64,000 nucleotides of DNA from an uncultured Ignavibacteria bacterium (GTDB lineage Bacteria > Zixibacteria > MSB-5A5 > JAABVY01). Below, in pieces: positions 26,456-37,580 of this stretch. Positions within the stretch are counted from its first letter, which is position 1, and each line of letters begins with the position of its first letter. The notes below the pieces were generated by a model. It was not told where the DNA came from. It searched no databases and was given only the letters and a program-made list of their open reading frames with translations. Where the stretch lies: positions 14,328-78,327 of the forward strand of contig CAZBZV010000008.1 of the NCBI GenBank assembly GCA_964496505.1, read 5' to 3'. The position numbers and the translations under genes were made by a program.

Positions 26456-27409
26456 ATGGATTTGATTCAGCAACTGGGGGCAATGGCCTTTGCCTCGCGC
26501 TTAAAACGCTTAAGCGAACGTCTTCACAAAGATGTTTCCCGGGTTTATGGCAAGCAGGACGTCGATTTTGAGGCGCGATGGTTTCCGGTACTCTATGCCT
26601 TAAAGGAACAGTCCAGTCAGCCTGTTACCACACTGGCAGCATCACTGCGCCTGACACATCCGGCGATTAACCAGATTGCGGGAGATATGGAAAAGCGGGG
26701 TCTGGTCTCCTCTACCCGCGATAAGAAGGATGAACGCAAACGGCTCCTGCGCTTAACTCCCAAAGGCCGGAAGCTTATAAAGAATCTGGAGCCGATCTGG
26801 AAGATTATCGAGGGGGAGACTCGCAAAATCCTCAGAAACAGCGGCGGCCAGATTTTAAAATCGATGGATAAAATCGAGGCAAGTCTGGATGAGAGGGATA
26901 TGTATGAGCGGGTGATGGATAAGCTTAAAAAGCGGTACTTCTCGAAAATAAGAATTATTGGATACAAGCCGCAGTATAAGAAACATTTCAAAGAGCTTAA
27001 TTACGAATGGCTCAAGAAATATTTTAAAGTTGAGCAGACAGATGAAAGGGTATTATCCGACCCGAATAAGTATATTATAAAGCCCGGCGGATTTATTCTT
27101 TTTGCTAGGTACAATGGCAAGATAGCAGGTACAGCGGCAGTTATGAAGCATTCGGATTCGATATTTGAACTGACAAAGATGGCCGTTACCGAGTCTGAGC
27201 GCGGAAAATACATAGGAGAGAAGCTTGCAATCAAAGTTATAGAGAAGTCACGTGCAAAAGGGGCAAAAGAACTGATTTTACATACCGCTACCAAATTAAA
27301 ACCGGCTATAGCGCTTTATGAGAAGCTGGGTTTTGAGAAGATCAAAGAGCCCGATCTGGATCTTCCAAAGTTCAAGCGCCGTACTATCGTAATGGGGCTG
27401 AAGCTCTGA
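26456..27409 (+). CDS. MarR-type HTH regulator fused to a GNAT N-acetyltransferase
   Basis: N-terminal MDLIQQLGAMAFASRLKRLSERL...LTHPAINQIAGDMEKRGLV...DERKRLLRLTPKG (MarR). C-terminal GKIAGTAAVMK...ERGKYIGEKL...LYEKLGF (GNAT). An in-frame GTG at 26426 is an alternative start. Confidence 0.75.
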   Translation: MDLIQQLGAMAFASRLKRLSERLHKDVSRVYGKQDVDFEARWFPVLYALKEQSSQPVTTLAASLRLTHPAINQIAGDMEKRGLVSSTRDKKDERKRLLRLTPKGRKLIKNLEPIWKIIEGETRKILRNSGGQILKSMDKIEASLDERDMYERVMDKLKKRYFSKIRIIGYKPQYKKHFKELNYEWLKKYFKVEQTDERVLSDPNKYIIKPGGFILFARYNGKIAGTAAVMKHSDSIFELTKMAVTESERGKYIGEKLAIKVIEKSRAKGAKELILHTATKLKPAIALYEKLGFEKIKEPDLDLPKFKRRTIVMGLKL

Positions 27410-27419
27410 CTGGCAGAAT

Positions 27420-29336
27420 CTATTGTGCCGTATCGCCTGATAATTCCAGAAGCTTGTTGTATCTTTGTTGATAGAACCGTGAATCGGGATCTGTTTGAAG
27501 AAGACGCTTCTGGAAATAAAGTGCGGGCTCGAATCGGCCGTCAGAAGCAAGAACATCAACAAGCGATTCCATCATAGCTGTGCTGTCTTCAGAAATTGAT
27601 ACGGCAATATCCAGATACTTGACTCCCGAATCGGTTTGATTTTCGAAGATGTATGAATGTCCCAGGAATGAATAGAGCGGTACCGCAGTTGTATCCCTGA
27701 TTAGAAATTTAAACTGCTGAATCGCCCGATCAAAATTTCTGGTCATATAAAGCGATTTGGCGTACCCCATGCGATTCAGACTGGTCATGGGGCATCTGTC
27801 TACAATCATGCTATAGTAGTTCTCGGCAGATTCATAATCCTGCATATTGGCGTAAGCATTTGCCAATGATATAGCAAATTTACAGTCAAGCTGTTTTTCT
27901 TTGCCCAGTCTTTCCAAAAACTCTGCACTTGGTTGATGTTGCTTATAAACGTTGGAGAGCAAGTAAGCAAAAATTCTGACTCTATCGCCTTCATAGTAGC
28001 CCCCTTGATAATGCGGATCATCATGGGCAAGACGCACAATTCGATCAACTGATCGCTCCGGCTTCATGTTAAGTGCGGCAAATGATGCGAAGTGGACAAT
28101 GTTCAAAAGCAGAATAGGTATCAATAAAGTACGGATCTTTTTCGTTGTGCTATTCGCATTCGAAAGAATAACTGCTGCAAACAGAAAGGCCGGCAGGGCA
28201 TACATCGAAAGCAGGTCCCAGTCGCGCGGCGCGCCCAGAACCGGATCTATCATGAAACTGACTAAAAATGCCGGTACCGCCGCCCAGAGAAAAAACCGAA
28301 GATTTTCTGACTGTCTGTATGATGAAGGAGTGAATAGATAAACCAGCGCCATGAATCCCAGGACTGGCCCTGCTATAAAAATGACATTCAGAATATCAGC
28401 AAAATGCACAGGCGAAAACAGGAAGTAATTTGTTGAGTCGTTCGGAATAAGCGGCAGTGTGGTCTGGATATCGGATCGTGATGTAAATGTGCCGCCGATG
28501 TAAATTCCTATGATATATATGGCAGTGATCAGAATCATAAAAAGACGTGATATCAGCCTATACCTTTTATTGATCATCCAGAGTAATGACGGCACGAAGG
28601 CCAGAAACCAGATATGCCAGAACAGGCCGACCGCAAGTATGCCGGCTGGAATCAGAATGCTGGATTTGTATTTCAATGATTCGACTGTCGAATGTAAATA
28701 GATAACAAGCCAGGCCAGAAGAATAGGATATGTCTCGACATAGCCTGCGAAGATAACGCTGATCCCAGAAAGATAGATTATCAGAAACAGCCATAATCTC
28801 ACTCGGTAGTCATCTATCAGGAGGCTGAGTATTTTATAAAGAAAACACGTATAGATTAGGCCACAGATGATCGACAACACTGCCATAAGATTCGCGGCCT
28901 GGGCATGGGTTTCTATTGCAAACAGTTCTGCCAGGAGGCTGACCATCTGGCTGTAGCCGAATGCGGTCGAGGAGATCGGAATACCATCTACTATATTTCC
29001 GATTATCAGGTTGCCGTCACCCAGAATATAGCTGTGGCTTCTAAGTAAAAAGAAAAGTGCGGCCGGGATAGCTATCCAGAGGGCTGTTTTCAGGATTTTC
29101 GGAAAAGCATCCATTTTCATCATCAAGGTCTGCAATACCTTTGATTTCAAATCCCAGACTATTTCGCTCAATCGGGAAATGATAGCAAATAGTATTGCGA
29201 ATGCAGGAAATATGATATTTATCGGATAGAGCACATCCAAAGGCAGTACTGACCAGTTCCAGTATGCGGGATAGAACCATGAGATGATATTAACAGCGGA
29301 GATTGCCAGGATTATTATGCGGATGGCTATAATCAT
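27420..29336 (-). CDS. polytopic membrane protein (about 12 TM) with a C-terminal TPR domain; function unknown (possible GT-C/polymerase-like)
   Basis: 638 aa. Hydrophobic for about 430 aa, then TPR-like repeats (AISLANAYANMQDYESAENYY, GYAKSLYMTRNFDRAIQQF). Confidence 0.5.
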   Translation of the reverse strand: MIIAIRIIILAISAVNIISWFYPAYWNWSVLPLDVLYPINIIFPAFAILFAIISRLSEIVWDLKSKVLQTLMMKMDAFPKILKTALWIAIPAALFFLLRSHSYILGDGNLIIGNIVDGIPISSTAFGYSQMVSLLAELFAIETHAQAANLMAVLSIICGLIYTCFLYKILSLLIDDYRVRLWLFLIIYLSGISVIFAGYVETYPILLAWLVIYLHSTVESLKYKSSILIPAGILAVGLFWHIWFLAFVPSLLWMINKRYRLISRLFMILITAIYIIGIYIGGTFTSRSDIQTTLPLIPNDSTNYFLFSPVHFADILNVIFIAGPVLGFMALVYLFTPSSYRQSENLRFFLWAAVPAFLVSFMIDPVLGAPRDWDLLSMYALPAFLFAAVILSNANSTTKKIRTLLIPILLLNIVHFASFAALNMKPERSVDRIVRLAHDDPHYQGGYYEGDRVRIFAYLLSNVYKQHQPSAEFLERLGKEKQLDCKFAISLANAYANMQDYESAENYYSMIVDRCPMTSLNRMGYAKSLYMTRNFDRAIQQFKFLIRDTTAVPLYSFLGHSYIFENQTDSGVKYLDIAVSISEDSTAMMESLVDVLASDGRFEPALYFQKRLLQTDPDSRFYQQRYNKLLELSGDTAQ

Positions 29337-29387
29337 ATTTTGGTAAGAGGTGTCAAATCTTAAAAAGATTTGACTTACTGTTTATTC

Positions 29388-29423
29388 CGATTAAAATCAT
29401 CGCCGGGAAAGGATTCCCGGCGA
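29388..29423 (-). terminator. probable intrinsic terminator after secA
   Basis: 10-bp stem TCGCCGGGAA / TTCCCGGCGA (29400-29423) with a 4-nt loop. The minus strand continues TGATTTTAAT. Confidence 0.45.
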
Positions 29424-29456
29424 GCACCTCAATCTATTCACATACATCTATATTAT

Positions 29457-32400
29457 CTACAAATTGCGTCCGCAGCACTTTTTGTATTTCTTACCGGAGC
29501 CGCAGGGGCATGGGTCGTTACGGCCGATCTTCTTGCCTCTGCGTTTGAAGGGCTGTTTTTTGCCCTGCTGAGGGGTGTCATCCTCGACCGCTTTGCCCTG
29601 AGCCTGCACCGCTCCGCCCTCGGGGGCACGAAACCCGAGCGATTCCTTTTTGTCGTGACGCGCCTTTGCGGCAGCGCGTGATTCACGTTCGCGGCGTGAG
29701 ACCTCGCTCTGGTCGGCCGGACGCATCCAGTAGCAAAAGCGTACCGCTTCACGGTCGATCTGATCCAGAAGTTCGGTAAACATGCGGTAGGCCTCGCGCT
29801 TGTATTCTATCAGGGGGTCCTTCTGAGCATAAGAGCGCAGCCCGATTCCGGTGCGGAGCTGATCCATCTCGTACAGGTGATCTTTCCACTTTTCAGTCAC
29901 AGTGGATAGAAAGGCCATTTTTTCGATTTTGCGCATAACATCGGAGCCCAGCACCTCTTCCTTCTGCTTATAAACCTTGAAAGCGAGTTCCTTGACTTTT
30001 TCGACCAAATCCTCATGCTCAATCTGCATAATATCGATATCTTTGGTTTCCAGCGGCGCCAGGAACATCTTATGGGTTTCTGTAGAGAGGCCGGATAGAT
30101 CCCATGTTGCCGGATCTTCCTCGGGCGGGGCGTAATTCATGACCATGTTCTCGGCCACCTCGGCTATCTTCTCGCTGACTTCCTCGTGGATATCCTCGGT
30201 CATGATGTACTCCTGCCTGCGATCGTAGATAACCTCGCGCTGAATATTCATAACGTCATCATAGTCCAGCAGCTTCTTACGTACAGAATAGTTCTGACCC
30301 TCGACCGACTTCTGGGCCTTTTCTATCGATTTGGTGATACGCTTGTGCTCGATCGCCTCACCCTCTTTAAGGCCGAGCATATCGAGCACGCGGGATATAC
30401 GGTCCACTCCGAAGAGGCGCATCAAATCGTCCTCAAGAGAAAGGAAGAACCGTGATGATCCCGGATCGCCCTGCCGCCCGGCACGCCCTCGAAGCTGGCG
30501 GTCGATACGTCTGGCCTCATGACGTTCGGTGCCGATGATATGAAGGCCGCAGACCGGGGTCTCATCGCATTTGTATTTTTCCAAATGGGGACAGACCTCG
30601 CCGTACTCGGGAGTTTCGATCAATGCGCAATTTTTATGTTTGAGAACCTTTTCGCCCAGCTTGATATCGGTTCCTCGGCCGGCCATGTTGGTGGCAATCG
30701 TAACCGCGCCCTGACGACCGGCAAACTGCACAATCTCGGCCTCACGCTGATGCTGTTTGGCGTTTAATATCTCGTGCTTGATGCCCTTGCGCTTGAGCAT
30801 GCGGGAGATGGTCTCGGAGACATCCACACTTACCGTACCCACCAGAATCGGCCGTCCCAGGTCGCGGAAGTATTCGATCTCATTCAAAATGGCTGTATAT
30901 TTTTCCTTCTTTGTACGATAAATCTGATCAGTGAAATCGATTCGTTTAACCGGCTTATTGGTCGGAATCACGACAACATCGAGCTTATATATATCCCAGA
31001 ATTCTCCGGCCTCGGTTTCAGCGGTGCCGGTCATACCCGCCAGTTTATAATACATGCGGAAATAATTCTGCAAGGTGATTGTGGCGACTGTCTGTGTTTC
31101 GCCCTCGATCTTGACCTTCTCTTTGGCCTCGATGGCCTGGTGCAAACCGTCGGAGAAGCGCCGTCCCGGCATCAAACGGCCGGTGAACTCATCGACAATA
31201 ATAACCTTGCCGTCCTGCACAACATACTCGACATCCTTTTCGAACAAGCTGTAGGCTTTCAGAAGCTGGGTGATCGAATGCAGTTTCTGGGATTTTTCGA
31301 TATGATGCTTATAAAGCCTGTCCTTGGCTTTAGCCTTGTCCTCGGTATTCATCTTCTCGTCATTGTCGATCTGAACGATACCCTCGGCAATATCGGGAAT
31401 TTCGAAAAGCTGTTTGTCCGAGGGATGAAGCTCGTTTAAGCCCATTTCTGAAAGTGTAACCGAATGATCTTTCTCATCTATGGCATAGTAGATGCGCTCA
31501 TCGATTTCATTTAAGTTTTTCTTATCGCGCATGATGTTGCTTTCAATGGTTGAGACCATGCGCTGTACCCCGGCCTCCTTCATGATTTTCATGAAGCGCT
31601 TATTCTTGGGAGCAGCGCGTCTGACGGTTAGAAGATCGTAGGCGGCATCATCATAATTTTCTTCTTTAAGCTCTTTCTCGGCCTGGCTAATCAGTTGATT
31701 GGCCATCAGGGTTTGTTTTTTGGCAATCCGCTCGACCAAAGGCTGCATATCGCGGAAGGCCTGGTCGATTGTCGATTCCACCGGGCCGGAAATAATCAGC
31801 GGGGTACGGGCCTCGTCGATGAGCACGCTGTCGACCTCGTCAACTATAGAGTAAAAATGCCCGCGCTGGCGGTTGTCTTCCACACGCCAGCCCATGTTAT
31901 CATGAAGATAATCGAAGCCGAATTCGGAGTTGGTGCCGTAAGTTACGTCGCAATTATACTGCTCGCGCCTTTCATCGATATCCTGGCCATGCTGAACCAC
32001 CCCGACTGTTAGTCCGAGGTATTTATAGACCTCGCCCATCCACTCGGCGTCACGAAGGGCCAGGTAGTCGTTGACCGTGATGATATGCACTCCCTGCCCC
32101 ACAAGGGCGTTAAGATAAACCGGCATAGTGGCGACCAGTGTCTTACCCTCACCGGTGGCCATCTCGGCAATTTTGCTTTGATGCAGTACGACCCCTCCGA
32201 AGAGCTGAACATCGTAAGGGATCATTTCCCAGGTAATATTCATCCCTCCTGCCTCCCAGGTCTTGCCCTTCAGGCGGCGGCAGGTTTCCTTGACCATGGC
32301 AAAGGCTTCGGGAAGGATGCTGTCGAGATATTCGTCAATTCCTTCTTTTAGCTTTTCCTTGCGTTCCTTGTTGTCCCACTCGAATTCCTCGGCCTCCCGG

Positions 32401-32585
32401 TTCAGGTCCCCCCAGACCTTTTTGGCCTCAGCCTTAAATTCCTTGGTTCTTTTTATCAGATCTTCCCGCGGAATATTCTCGAGAGCAGGATAGATTTCAT
32501 TTATCTCATCAACAATCGGGTTTATCTTCTTTAAGTCTCTTTCGTGTTTGGTTCCGAATACTTTTTTTATCAGAGTATCTAACAA
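29457..32585 (-). CDS. secA: preprotein translocase ATPase SecA
   Basis: 1042 aa. [14 protein letters not shown] (Walker A), [32 protein letters not shown] and the C-terminal zinc finger [14 protein letters not shown]. Confidence 0.97.
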   Translation of the reverse strand: MLDTLIKKVFGTKHERDLKKINPIVDEINEIYPALENIPREDLIKRTKEFKAEAKKVWGDLNREAEEFEWDNKERKEKLKEGIDEYLDSILPEAFAMVKETCRRLKGKTWEAGGMNITWEMIPYDVQLFGGVVLHQSKIAEMATGEGKTLVATMPVYLNALVGQGVHIITVNDYLALRDAEWMGEVYKYLGLTVGVVQHGQDIDERREQYNCDVTYGTNSEFGFDYLHDNMGWRVEDNRQRGHFYSIVDEVDSVLIDEARTPLIISGPVESTIDQAFRDMQPLVERIAKKQTLMANQLISQAEKELKEENYDDAAYDLLTVRRAAPKNKRFMKIMKEAGVQRMVSTIESNIMRDKKNLNEIDERIYYAIDEKDHSVTLSEMGLNELHPSDKQLFEIPDIAEGIVQIDNDEKMNTEDKAKAKDRLYKHHIEKSQKLHSITQLLKAYSLFEKDVEYVVQDGKVIIVDEFTGRLMPGRRFSDGLHQAIEAKEKVKIEGETQTVATITLQNYFRMYYKLAGMTGTAETEAGEFWDIYKLDVVVIPTNKPVKRIDFTDQIYRTKKEKYTAILNEIEYFRDLGRPILVGTVSVDVSETISRMLKRKGIKHEILNAKQHQREAEIVQFAGRQGAVTIATNMAGRGTDIKLGEKVLKHKNCALIETPEYGEVCPHLEKYKCDETPVCGLHIIGTERHEARRIDRQLRGRAGRQGDPGSSRFFLSLEDDLMRLFGVDRISRVLDMLGLKEGEAIEHKRITKSIEKAQKSVEGQNYSVRKKLLDYDDVMNIQREVIYDRRQEYIMTEDIHEEVSEKIAEVAENMVMNYAPPEEDPATWDLSGLSTETHKMFLAPLETKDIDIMQIEHEDLVEKVKELAFKVYKQKEEVLGSDVMRKIEKMAFLSTVTEKWKDHLYEMDQLRTGIGLRSYAQKDPLIEYKREAYRMFTELLDQIDREAVRFCYWMRPADQSEVSRRERESRAAAKARHDKKESLGFRAPEGGAVQAQGKAVEDDTPQQGKKQPFKRRGKKIGRNDPCPCGSGKKYKKCCGRNL

Positions 32586-32703
32586 TATTATCTCCTCTTT
32601 GCATTTACAGGGGTAACACAGTTATACAACAGATTCCCGCAAACGTTCGATCCCTATCATTATACGCTTTTGGATAAATTGCAAGCAAAAAACGACGCGG
32701 GAA

Positions 32704-33495
32704 TTAATCCTTGGGGGTCAGATTGCGCCTGGTGAAGATATAGAATGTCGGAATAAGAAACATTAGCAGTAATGTGATGAAATATAACAGCTTTTGAAGC
32801 TGGGTAGTATCGTAAATCAGCGTACTGCCGATGATGTTACCCCAGTTGTTGAGGACATCGTATTCGGGGCCGATATACCAGATCACACGCGCCAGATTAG
32901 TCCAGAAGCCCCAGTCGGTGTGGATCATCTGCTTGGCTATCTGCGGCAGAAAATATGTTACCAGCACCACTATTGAAGCCCAGACCGGATGCATGAATAC
33001 TGAGAAGAATGCGGTAACTACAATCAGCATAAAATACAATAGAAGATCGTATATGAAGGCCAATACAAGATTGGCGGTCAGCCCGTAGTCAGTAACCGTG
33101 TACAGGAGTATCATGAAATAGAGAACCTGGAACAACCAGAAGATAATCATCAGCTTAAAGGCGCCAATTATCTTCCCGAATATAAATGCGCTGCGGGAAA
33201 CCGGCTTTGCCAGATACGGAAACAGTGTGCCATCACGGATATCCTGAATCAATACCAGAGAGCCGACCGTAACCGACGCGAACACCCCAAAGAAGGTGTA
33301 CATTTTGGTAAAACTTGAAATAATCATAAGCAGCATGGGGCCGCTTTCCTGACGGAAATCCTCGGCCACAAGAAATGGAATCAAAGTCATTAGAAGCATG
33401 CCCAGGCCAACTATGAAAAAGACCCAGTAAATCTTGCTTCTTAACAGCTTGGCAAACTTATGCTTGCTGATCAGGTTTATCGATCTCAGTTCCAT
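32704..33495 (-). CDS. ABC-2-type transporter permease
   Basis: 263 aa with 6 predicted TM helices. It lies immediately downstream of, and overlaps, the ABC ATPase gene. Confidence 0.6.
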   Translation of the reverse strand: MELRSINLISKHKFAKLLRSKIYWVFFIVGLGMLLMTLIPFLVAEDFRQESGPMLLMIISSFTKMYTFFGVFASVTVGSLVLIQDIRDGTLFPYLAKPVSRSAFIFGKIIGAFKLMIIFWLFQVLYFMILLYTVTDYGLTANLVLAFIYDLLLYFMLIVVTAFFSVFMHPVWASIVVLVTYFLPQIAKQMIHTDWGFWTNLARVIWYIGPEYDVLNNWGNIIGSTLIYDTTQLQKLLYFITLLLMFLIPTFYIFTRRNLTPKD

Positions 33496-34429
33496 TTTCC
33501 ACCAATTGCATAAATATTTCTTCCAGATCGCTGCGCGGGGGAATTACCGAGATTATATCCGCGCCAAGCTCGGAAAGCTTTGCGATTAACTTCGCCTTAT
33601 CCTCTTTTGAGCCGGTCAGAATCGAGTATGCCGTATTGCCTTTATGTTCGAGACTCCAGTTTTCCCCAAGTCTTTCTACTCTGGACTGGCCAAGAGTGAA
33701 AGTCACCTCGGTATCATCGGATTTCTTCAATAGATTTTCGACCGTATCGATCTTTATTACCTTGCCATTGTTGATGATTGCCACACGGTCTGCGATCTGC
33801 TGAACATCGGATAATATGTGCGTGCTGAGAAACACGGTCTTACCGCGCTGCTTTAATTGTAGAAATTTGTTTTTGATCTTTGATTTGGCAATCGGATCCA
33901 TACCGGATGTCGGCTCATCGAGTATCAACAGGTCAGGATCGGAAATCATGGCCTGAGCAAGACCGATTTTCTGCTTCATACCCTTGGAGTATGTTTTCAC
34001 CTTGCGGCCTTCGGCGTCGGCCATTTCGAAGAATTCCAGAAGCTCCCTTCCCTTTGCCTGAATTTGCTTTGAGGGCACTCCGGCAAGGTCGCCCAGATAT
34101 TTAAGGAGCTTTTTGCCCTTTAAGAATTTATCGAATTCAAACAGCTCCGGCAAAAATCCAACCTGTTCGCGGCACTTTGAATTGTAGATCGGAAGACCGT
34201 GAATCATGGCCTGACCGCGAGTAGGATGAATAAAGTTCATGAGGATATGAATAGTCGTGGTTTTACCTGCTCCGTTGGGCCCCAGAAAGCCAAAGATTTC
34301 GCCCTTCTTGACTTCGAAGGATATGCCATCCAGAGCACGCACCCTGGCATGACCCCACATATCGGAGTAAACCATCTCGAGGTTTTGAATCTCTATGGCA
34401 TTTTCACCATTGCCGTTCATATCAATCAT
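33458..34429 (-). CDS. ABC transporter ATP-binding protein (ABC-2/exporter-type)
   Basis: GPNGAGKTT (Walker A), YSKGMKQKIGLAQA (signature variant) and LLILDEPTSGMD (Walker B). Confidence 0.85.
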   Translation of the reverse strand: MIDMNGNGENAIEIQNLEMVYSDMWGHARVRALDGISFEVKKGEIFGFLGPNGAGKTTTIHILMNFIHPTRGQAMIHGLPIYNSKCREQVGFLPELFEFDKFLKGKKLLKYLGDLAGVPSKQIQAKGRELLEFFEMADAEGRKVKTYSKGMKQKIGLAQAMISDPDLLILDEPTSGMDPIAKSKIKNKFLQLKQRGKTVFLSTHILSDVQQIADRVAIINNGKVIKIDTVENLLKKSDDTEVTFTLGQSRVERLGENWSLEHKGNTAYSILTGSKEDKAKLIAKLSELGADIISVIPPRSDLEEIFMQLVENGTEIDKPDQQA

Positions 34430-35054
34430 CTTTCTTTATGGTATCCACGCTGATTATGCTGTCGCCGGATTTCACTTCTACTTTGATTGTATCACCGTGT
34501 TCGTCCTTCGTAATCTTGGTAGTCGTTTCATCTTCGTCACCGCGAAGCTGTCGTCTAATTCCGTAATCGATATCCTCGTGCATACCATCCCATCTTTTTT
34601 GAATCTCACCCTCTTTGTTTATAAAAATGGCGGCCGGCAATGCCCCCACTCCAAACTCCTTGGTAATCTCATTATTGGGATCGAGGCCGATTTTCATGTC
34701 GATATTCCATAGCTCTTTGGCCTGCGCGATATCCTCAACGGATTCGCCGACATTGACCGCAATAATCTCAAACTCATAGTCTTCCCGCCATTTTTCGACA
34801 TCCTCCCCGATTTCATCCAGAGCAAGATGAGAGGGATTTGATGTTGAGTTCCAGAAGACCAGAATCACCGGCTTTTTACCTTCGTAATAGCCCAGAGGCT
34901 CGAAGCCCCCGTCAAGAAGCGTGATCTCGATATCGGCAAAATTTTCGGAGGCCTCTTTCTTCTTGAGAATATCGGGCTGTTTTATCAGGACATGCTGTAT
35001 CAAGAAAAGCAAGCCGAGTATTAGTAGCGTTATGTAGAAGCTCTTACGGGTCAT
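34422..35054 (-). CDS. membrane-anchored TlpA-like thioredoxin-fold protein whose CxxC is replaced by SNPS
   Basis: KPVILVFWNSTSNPSHLAL aligns to the TlpA/ResA consensus ..FWATWCGPC.., with both Cys changed to Ser. The rest of the fold motifs (GALPAAIFINKEGEI) are retained. Confidence 0.6.
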   Translation of the reverse strand: MTRKSFYITLLILGLLFLIQHVLIKQPDILKKKEASENFADIEITLLDGGFEPLGYYEGKKPVILVFWNSTSNPSHLALDEIGEDVEKWREDYEFEIIAVNVGESVEDIAQAKELWNIDMKIGLDPNNEITKEFGVGALPAAIFINKEGEIQKRWDGMHEDIDYGIRRQLRGDEDETTTKITKDEHGDTIKVEVKSGDSIISVDTIKKDD

Positions 35055-35139
35055 AATCTATCTGCTGAAATTTCCCTGAATATATTAGTTGTTTACGGGA
35101 ATTCAACAGATTTGTTATATTTTTTGCCTGAATAAATGG

Positions 35140-36912
35140 CTATTCAAGCGGAGAGACATATCTTTCCCAGCGTGCCTGCTGAATTTTGGAAGGCGATTCC
35201 ATCATACTTGCCCGATAGACATCGGAAGCATCGAGCACAAGCTCGGTTTCATACAGTTCCTTGCCGCGCCTGTAATCAACCTTGACCTTGTCCCCGGCCT
35301 TCTTAGTATTCAGGTATTCCACCAGAGGATTAACGGATTTATAAGTTTTTCCGTCAGCCTTTAATATAACATCCCCCTCTTCCAAACCGGCATCCGAAGC
35401 GGAGCCGCCTCGCTGCACGAAATCCAGAGTCAGATCCCGGATTGACGAAAAGGCTGCTCCGACATCAATCTTGCCGCCTGGAATTACCTCGAGCCTTGCA
35501 CCGAATTTTTCCAGCATGCCGGGAAGATCCATCTTGTTGCGGATATTAATACATGAATCGACGAAAGGCATGAGATACTGGCCGCTTAATGTGTCGGTCA
35601 ATTCAAAGAACTGTGCAGCAGAGAAAACATTATTGTCTCCGTGAAATCTCTGCGCCAGGGCGGCCATGACCTGATCCAGCGACGAGATTCGGGGACTCAT
35701 GGCGCGAAGCCTTAAATCGAACATGCAGGCGGTAAGCATTTCCGCAGAAAAGACATATCCGCGGGCTCCGGAAATTTCACGCGCAGCTCTAACCGAGAGC
35801 CCAATGCGGTCGTATTCACGAGAATACTGCTCGTAGGCCACTGTCAGCTTATCGAGAAACTCCTGATCGGAGATCAGCCCGATACGCCTCATGAGAAGAA
35901 GCTGATAATAATTCGATGTGCCGCGAATCACCCAGCTCTCATCGACCTGATCGGATGGGAAAAAGGTGATCGGAATCCATTGAGGAAAAATATTGTATGC
36001 GAATAATCCGAAGCTGTTATCAAGCGCCTCGGATTTCAGTTTATGATCGAGAAGTATGCTTATGCTTCCGGGTGAGCTTGCACCGGAATTATGGATTTCG
36101 GAATTCTGCATCGAGAACGGAAAACGGGATATAATCAGAAGCGGATCGAATTCAGGCGGTACGCCGAACACACGTGTCATCTGATACCATAATTTTCGAA
36201 GGTCTCCCATGAGCTGGTCATTCAATTCAGTAAGGAAAAACCTCTGCATGGCGATATCCAGGGGAAATCCCTCAGGGCCGATGGTCAATGTGTCGTAAAG
36301 CCCAACCGCCCAGAAAGCATCGAAGATGTGGTCCAGACTGGGAATCAGATATCTATTCTCACCAACTCTCTCCTGGGGCAGAACTGCAACCATATTCTCA
36401 CCCAAAACGAAGTTGATTTCAAAATCTTTGGGCAACAGTTCCGGCTCGAGTTCAGGATATATTATCATACTGCTGCCGATCAGCACGCCGGATTTACCGA
36501 GGTAAAAAGGCGTCTCGTCAATACCATACTGGCTCGGTTTACGCAAATGCTGAATGGGCAGGATATATTTCAACTGGCAGCTGCCCTCGATATCGCGGGC
36601 GAGCCATTTGTTGGATGCAATCGAATCCACCTCGATTTCAACGGAATCCGGCCCGAAAAGGGTGAACTGCTTGATATACTGGCCATAGCCCTCGGTGTAA
36701 TGATTATCGGTGTCTGCGATTTTGAATATAACCGAATCCATACGCTCGGGAAATTCAAAGTTAGCCCCCACGGCAAAAAGCATCCTTTCGGGATTCACGA
36801 GCTGAATTGAATATTCCGCCTTAACTTGCTCGGATTGGGCATTAAGATTTGCGGCTGTTAAAACAAAACAGGTAATAGTGATCAAAGATAATAGTAGAAT
36901 TTTTCTCATCAA
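35140..36912 (-). CDS. M61 (glycyl aminopeptidase)-like protein with a C-terminal PDZ domain; no HExxH present
   Basis: 590 aa with a signal peptide. ESWVIRGTSNYYQLLLMRRIGLISDQEFL resembles the M61 LWFxEGFTxYY...RxGLI segment. PDZ is GLEEGDVILKADGKTYKS. Where HEFFHxW is expected, the sequence is AYNIFPQW. Confidence 0.55.
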   Translation of the reverse strand: MMRKILLLSLITITCFVLTAANLNAQSEQVKAEYSIQLVNPERMLFAVGANFEFPERMDSVIFKIADTDNHYTEGYGQYIKQFTLFGPDSVEIEVDSIASNKWLARDIEGSCQLKYILPIQHLRKPSQYGIDETPFYLGKSGVLIGSSMIIYPELEPELLPKDFEINFVLGENMVAVLPQERVGENRYLIPSLDHIFDAFWAVGLYDTLTIGPEGFPLDIAMQRFFLTELNDQLMGDLRKLWYQMTRVFGVPPEFDPLLIISRFPFSMQNSEIHNSGASSPGSISILLDHKLKSEALDNSFGLFAYNIFPQWIPITFFPSDQVDESWVIRGTSNYYQLLLMRRIGLISDQEFLDKLTVAYEQYSREYDRIGLSVRAAREISGARGYVFSAEMLTACMFDLRLRAMSPRISSLDQVMAALAQRFHGDNNVFSAAQFFELTDTLSGQYLMPFVDSCINIRNKMDLPGMLEKFGARLEVIPGGKIDVGAAFSSIRDLTLDFVQRGGSASDAGLEEGDVILKADGKTYKSVNPLVEYLNTKKAGDKVKVDYRRGKELYETELVLDASDVYRASMMESPSKIQQARWERYVSPLE

Positions 36913-37029
36913 TCAGGCCTTTGATATTTTTGATTCGATTATAGTTTTACAACCTATATCGTAAAAGTTGCGGTTTCATTTAAGCTGAATGATTATATTT
37001 GCAATCCATTATAATGCAATAATTTAGTT

Positions 37030-37452
37030 TTATTCGGCAGATATTTTTACCCCGGCCTCCCGCAAAACATTGAAGGCATACTCGATTCCCTCCTGAATTT
37101 TGGGGTCGGGATATTTATGAAACTCCTTCAGGCAGTTCACGAATTCTTTGGCGAGCTTCGGTTTATGACGGCCGATCTCACCGATTGCCTGGGGCGCAAA
37201 CCAGCAATTGTTGCCGGATTCCTCGTTTATCATCCAGACCAGCTGCCGCAGTAGCGTTTTTGTCTTCTCATCATCAAAAACCAGCGAAGCGTAGCCAAAT
37301 GCCCGTGCTGCTCCCCAGCGAAGATCGGGATCCAGATCATATAGCATGCGCTGGATTTTTCGTATCAGCGCGGGATGCTTTCCAAGCTCGGACTGTATCA
37401 ACTCGCGATCATCATTTAATAGAGCTTTTTTCAATTCTTCCCGCTTAAGCAT
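37030..37452 (-). CDS. HEAT-like repeat protein (DVU0298-like small family), function unknown
   Basis: 140-aa all-helical protein. DPDLRWGAARAFGY and PDPKIQEGIEYAF are HEAT/PBS-lyase-type repeat signatures. Confidence 0.45.
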   Translation of the reverse strand: MLKREELKKALLNDDRELIQSELGKHPALIRKIQRMLYDLDPDLRWGAARAFGYASLVFDDEKTKTLLRQLVWMINEESGNNCWFAPQAIGEIGRHKPKLAKEFVNCLKEFHKYPDPKIQEGIEYAFNVLREAGVKISAE

Positions 37453-37528
37453 AAAACCTTTCGAAACGTTTAGCCATTTTAAGAGAAAAGAACCGAATTG
37501 ACAAGGTCAAAGTTCTCACTCACACATA

Positions 37529-37560
37529 TAAAAAAGCCCGCCATTTTCGTAACGGCGGGC
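37529..37560 (-). terminator. rho-independent terminator after the VOC gene
   Basis: GCCCGCC (37536-37542) pairs with GGCGGGC (37554-37560). The minus strand reads the hairpin followed by TTTTTT. Confidence 0.7.
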
Positions 37561-37580
37561 ATAATAAATCCTGTCATAAA

